Below are positions 58,972 to 64,000 of a stretch of DNA of 64,000 nucleotides, piece by piece (position 1 is the stretch's first letter; each line of letters opens with the position of its first letter). Below the pieces are notes generated by a model, which saw only the letters and a list, made by a program, of their open reading frames with translations, had not been told where the DNA came from and ran no database searches. Location of the stretch: contig CAVPZX010000007.1 of NCBI GenBank assembly GCA_963710375.1, forward strand, positions 26,986 through 90,985, in the 5' to 3' direction. This DNA is from Nitrospirota bacterium (GTDB lineage Bacteria; Nitrospirota; Thermodesulfovibrionia; Thermodesulfovibrionales; Dissulfurispiraceae). Both the position numbers and the translations under genes were made by a program.

Positions 58972-61900
58972 ATGATTTCAATCCCATCTTTCCACAATAT
59001 CGAAAATATCTACTCAGGCGCCCATACCTCCATCTACCGCGCGGTGCGTGAAGCGGACAAGCTGCCTGTTATCATCAAGCTTCTGGACAAGGAGCATCCC
59101 ACATCTGAGGAGCGTTCCCGGTTTCGGCGTGAGTATGAGATGACGGTGAAGATGAACGGGGAGGGGGTAATCCAACTTTATGATTTACAAAAATACAAAA
59201 ACAGTCTGCTGATGGTGGAGGAGGACTTTGGCGGCGAATCCCTGGCCAAGTTAGTTCCTGCAGTCACTTCTGATATCTCGGGACGCTTGACCCTGGCCGT
59301 CAAGATCACAGAATGCCTCGGCAGCATACATAAACAGCGTATCATCCACAAGAACCTCAATCCTGCCAATATTATCTGGAACCCTCAGTCCGGCCTGGTG
59401 AAGATCATTGATTTCGGCATCGCCACGGAATTTAGCAGCGTGACTACTGCTGTCCTGAATCCCAGCGCCATGGAGGGGACGTTGGAGTACATCTCTCCTG
59501 AGCAGACAGGGAGGATGAACCGTGACCTGGATTACCGGACGGATATGTATTCCCTAGGTGCGACCCTCTACGAGATCTTCACCGGGGAAGCGCCGTTCAA
59601 AAGCAGGGACCCTCTGGAACTGGTGCACTGTCATATCGCCATGAGTCCCGCCGTACCTCACGAGTTGAACCCGCAGATTCCTCCTTTCCTTTCCGGCATC
59701 ATCATGAAGCTGATGGCGAAAATGGCTGAGGAGCGCTACCAGAGCATATACGGTCTGAGAGCCGATCTTGAAAGATGCTGGGAATACATTAAGGCAGGAG
59801 GAGGAGTTGCAGAGGGATTTCATCTTGGCCGGGAGGATTTTTCCGCGGCATTCCATATACCGCAGAAGTTGTATGGCCGGGATATGGAGGTCGCGGGCTT
59901 GCTTGAGGCCTTTGAGAGGGCATCGTCAGGCAGGGCAGAGTCTCTTGCTGGTGACTGGATACGCGGGAATTGGCAAGACAGCGGTCGTCCATGAAATTCA
60001 GCGGACTATTGTGGAGAAGCAGGGTTATTTTATCGAAGGCAAGTTGGATCAGTTGAACCTCAATATCCCCTATGCCTCCCTGACAGAGGCATTTCGGAAG
60101 CTGATCCATCAGCTTCTGTCAGAGGGGGATGTCTCTTTGGCTCAATGGAAGGAAAATATCCTGATGGCATTAGGGCCGAATGGGAAAGTGGTGACAGATG
60201 TCATCCCCGAGGTGGAACTTATTACCGGCGACCAGGCGGACATTCCTGTCCTCCCCGCGGCAGAGACTCAGAACCGGTTTCGTTTTGTCTTTCAGAATTT
60301 TGTCAGGGCATTTGCAACTCCGTCCCATCCCCTGGTCCTCTTTCTTGATGACCTGCAGTGGGCTGATCAGGCGTCGCTGCAACTGATCGAATTCATCATG
60401 AACGATCCTTCGGCCGGTTTCCTTCTGCTTATCGGCGCCTACCGTGACAACGAGGTGGAAGAGGGGCATCCGCTCATGATTACGCTCGAAAGTATGCGGA
60501 AGACCGGGACCCTGGTTAACAGGATAATTCTGTCTCCTCTTTCCATCAATCAGATGAATCAGCTCATAACCGAGTCGCTGCACTGTACAGATGATGACGC
60601 CATGGAACTGACCGAACTATGTTATCAGAAGACCCGTGGCAACCCGTTCTTCCTGAAACAGTTCTTGCAAACCCTGTATAGAGAGGGCCTGATCGAATTC
60701 GACGTAGAACACAGGCGCTGGAGCTGGGAAATGGGGAAGCTTCGGGAACGGGAGTTAACCGAAAATGTCGTCGAATTCATGGTCGGAAAGATACGGAAGC
60801 TACCTCTTGTAACGCAACATATCATGGAATACGCATCCTGTATCGGCAATCAATTTGATTTGCGCACGTTATCGATTATCTCCGGGGAACCTTATCCGGA
60901 AACAGCTGACAAATTATGGCCCGCCTTTGAAGAGGGACTCGTGGTCCCTGCTGACGAGGCTTACAAACCTATACAGGCCGGAGGACCCGGTAATGGAGCT
61001 GCAGACGTTGAGACCACCGCCCCCGAGTACAGGTTTCTACATGATCGTGTTCAACAGGCAACTTATTCCCTGATCGATGATTCGCGGAAGGAGGTTCTTC
61101 ACCTCAAGGCGGGCAGATCCATGCTGGCCCACACGCCTCAGGAAGCACTTGAAGGTCGTATCTTTGAGATCGTGCATCATTTCAATCTGAGCCGGGGAAT
61201 AATCAAAGATTCTGGAGAACGGCAGCGGATTGCTGAGATGAACCTCATGGCCGGAAGAAAGGCGAAGACTTCCGCGGCATATGAGCCGGCCTATCGTTAT
61301 CTCAGCACAGGGATCTCCTGCCTGGAGAAAGACAGCTGGGAGACCCAGTATTCACTGGCATTGGCGCTTTTTTGCGAGGCTGTCGAGGCGGCATATCTGA
61401 GGACTGATTTTACGGAGATGGAACGTCTGGCAGAGGTCGTTGTTGCACATGCCCGGACAGTTCTCGATAACGTAAGCGTCTACGAATCTCAGATGCGTGC
61501 GGCTATGGCACAGCACCGCCCCCTGCAGGCCATTAAGACCGGCCTGCACATACTTGGCCTCCTGGGAGTTAAATTCCCTGCCAGACCAGGCAAGCTGCAT
61601 ATTGTCCTCGAAATCCTGCATACAAAATATATTCTGGCCGGAAAGAGGATCGAGGACCTTCTAACTCTTCCCGAGATGACAGATCCGAGATGCCTCGCCA
61701 TATCAAGGATAATGACCTTCATGAGGACCAGCGCCTACTGGGCCATGCCCACCCTGACCCCGCTGCTGATACTAAAAAGTCTCCAGTTGTCTGTCCGTCA
61801 CGGCAACACCTCCCTGTCCTCATCTATTTACGCCGGTTACGGGCTCATCCTCTGCGGAGTTACGGATGATATCGAAAACGGCTACCGCTTCGGCCAGCTG

Positions 61901-64000
61901 GGACTAAACCTCATGGAAAAGCCGAACGCAAGAGAGTGCAAGGCCCGCACGATGTTTATTTTCAATGGCTTCATCGGGCACTGGAAGAATCACGTACGGA
62001 CAACCCTGGCCCCCCTCCTGGAGGCCTATCAAGTCGGGCTGGGAACCGGAGACCTGGAATATGCCGGTTTTTCTGCGATGACTTATTGCTATCACTCATT
62101 TTATGCCGGGGTACCACTGGTAAAGATCGAGGCTAAATTGGCGAAATTCGGCGAGGCTGTCGCTTACCTGAAACAGCTCTCACCGTTGAGCGTAATCCGC
62201 GTATTCCAGCAAATGACGAGGAATCTCATGGAGCACCAGGAATATCCGGCACGGCTGGCAGGCGAATATTATAACGAGGACGAGATGCTCCCTCTCCACA
62301 TAGAGGCCGGGGACAGGTCCTCCATCATTGCTGTATTTTTCGGCAACGCCATTCTGGGATTCCTGTTCGGGGAATATGCCAGGGCATCCGAGAATCTCCG
62401 GAAGTCCAGGGGTTATCTGGACGGCGCCAGGGCATCATACCCGAATACAGTCTTTTTCTTTTACGACTCCCTCATCAGACTGGCAATGATTCCAACGCTC
62501 ACAAAGAAAGAGAGGAAGCCGTCATTGAAGGAGGTGGCTAAAAACCGGAAAAAGCTGAAAAAGTGGGCGCAGCATGCTCCGATGAACAACCGTCACAAGT
62601 GGTTGCTGGTCGAGGCGGAGCTGGCAAGGGTTGAAGGACGCGATCTCGACGCCATGAAATTTTTCAAGGAGGCGATCCACTTAGCCGGAAAGAATGAATT
62701 CCTCCAGGAAGAGGCCTTGGCCAACGAGTTGGCCGCCCGGTTCTGGATGGGGCGGGGCGATGATGAGATTGCCGGGCTCTACATGAGGGAGGCACATTAC
62801 TGCTATGTCAACTGGGGAGCCAAAGCCAAGGTAAGGCATCTGGAGCGGACTTATCCCCAGTTTCTGGCCGAAGCCGCAAAAAAAGCTCGGGGAGAAAAGC
62901 GGGAAAAACAGACGGCGGGCGTCTCTTTGCCCTTGTCGGACGAATGGGGTGGCGGCGCTCTGGATTTGGGCAGTGTGATCAAGACCTCCCAGGCCATCTC
63001 GGGCGAGGTCGATCTGGAGGCGCTCCTGAAAAAGGTTATGCACATCCTGATAGAGAGCGCCGGCGCCCAGGAAGGATGCCTGATCATGGAAAAGGACGGC
63101 AACCTCATGGTCAGGGTGCATATAACGGCAGGAATGGACAGCGCAACCCTGCTCGAAGATCTCCCAGTTGACGGCTGCGATTTGTTATCCCATGCCATTG
63201 TCCGTTACGTAGTGAGAACCCAGAAAGCAGTTGTCTTGAGCAATGCCGCAGTTGAGGGCATATTTAGCCGTGACCCATATATCGTCAGGAAGAAGCCTCT
63301 GTCGATCCTATGCATACCTGTCATGCAGCGCGGTGTCATCGCCGGCGTTCTTTATATGGAAAATAACCAGGTCACTGACGCATTCACCCAGGACCGCATA
63401 GAAGTGCTCGGGATGCTCTCTTCGCAAGCAGCCATCTCCATCCAGAATGCTTTGCTTTATGCCGAGCGTAAACAGGCCGAGGAAGAATTGAGGCAGGCGG
63501 AGGAGAAATATCGGAGTATCTTTGACAACTCTGCGGAGGGTATCTTCCAATCAACTGGGAACGGCCGCGTACTGATGGTCAATCCGGCTGGTGCGAGGAT
63601 ATTGGGATACGATTCGCCTGAAGACCTTATAGTAAGCATTAAAAACCTTGCCACAGACTTCTACGTCGATTCCGCGCGGAGAGACGAGTTTCGGGCATAC
63701 ATGCAAGCGCAGGGCTATGTGAAGGATTTTGAATTCAGGGCATACAGGAAGGATAGGAGTATCATCGATGTCTCCATTAATAGCCATGTCGTCAGGGACA
63801 ATAGCGGTAATATCCTTTATTTTGAGGGGGCTTTGGAAGACATTACAGAAAAAAAGCGAATAGAGGAATTCAAGATAGCCAAAGAAGCAGCCGAAGCTGC
63901 GACAAAATCAAAGAGTGATTTTCTTGCTAACATGAGCCATGAAATCCGCACCCCAATGAACGGCATCGTTGGGATGACCGGCTTGCTTCTAGACACAGAG
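58972..64000 (+). CDS. Hybrid Ser/Thr kinase-AAA-GAF-PAS-histidine kinase, frameshifted at about 59941 and truncated by the window edge
   Basis: Kinase ORF 58972-59994 ([14 protein letters not shown]). The +1 frame from 59942 gives [36 protein letters not shown], a GAF domain (LYMENN), PAS, and [15 protein letters not shown] at the end. Confidence 0.9.

Noticed and set aside
1..64000. tRNA, rRNA, prophage, integrase, transposase or defence system
   Set aside because: None recognised by motif or structure in this window.

Overview
A 64 kb chromosomal window from an anaerobic Gram-negative bacterium. Gene content (split-Soret-type cytochrome, DsrE, RomR-like regulator next to valS, CxxCH-bearing DsbC) suggests Nitrospirota/Thermodesulfovibrionia or a Desulfobacterota-like lineage; this is inference only. 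Housekeeping genes: clpC, priA, msrB, iscR-tusA-iscS-iscU, valS, nadC, purM, moeA-PBP, scpB. Accessory content: a DUF2844/DUF3443 pair, a TIGR04282/TIGR04283 transferase pair, a sigma54-driven type IV pilus tip cluster (pilY1, fimU, pilV, pilW, pilX) behind dsbC and a two-component system, two convergent CzcA-type RND operons, c-di-GMP enzymes, and a giant Ser/Thr kinase-AAA-GAF-PAS-His kinase that runs off the right edge. No rRNA, tRNA, CRISPR array, integrase or transposase was recognised. The most unusual signal is a set of at least five families of short palindromic elements built from tandem 6-9 nt units. All three copies of the 8-mer GAAGNTGN family sit in-frame inside the signal-peptide N-regions of lipoprotein genes, and the shared core is read in opposite orientations in two paralogues. 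Three genes carry apparent single-base insertions that are probably assembly errors.
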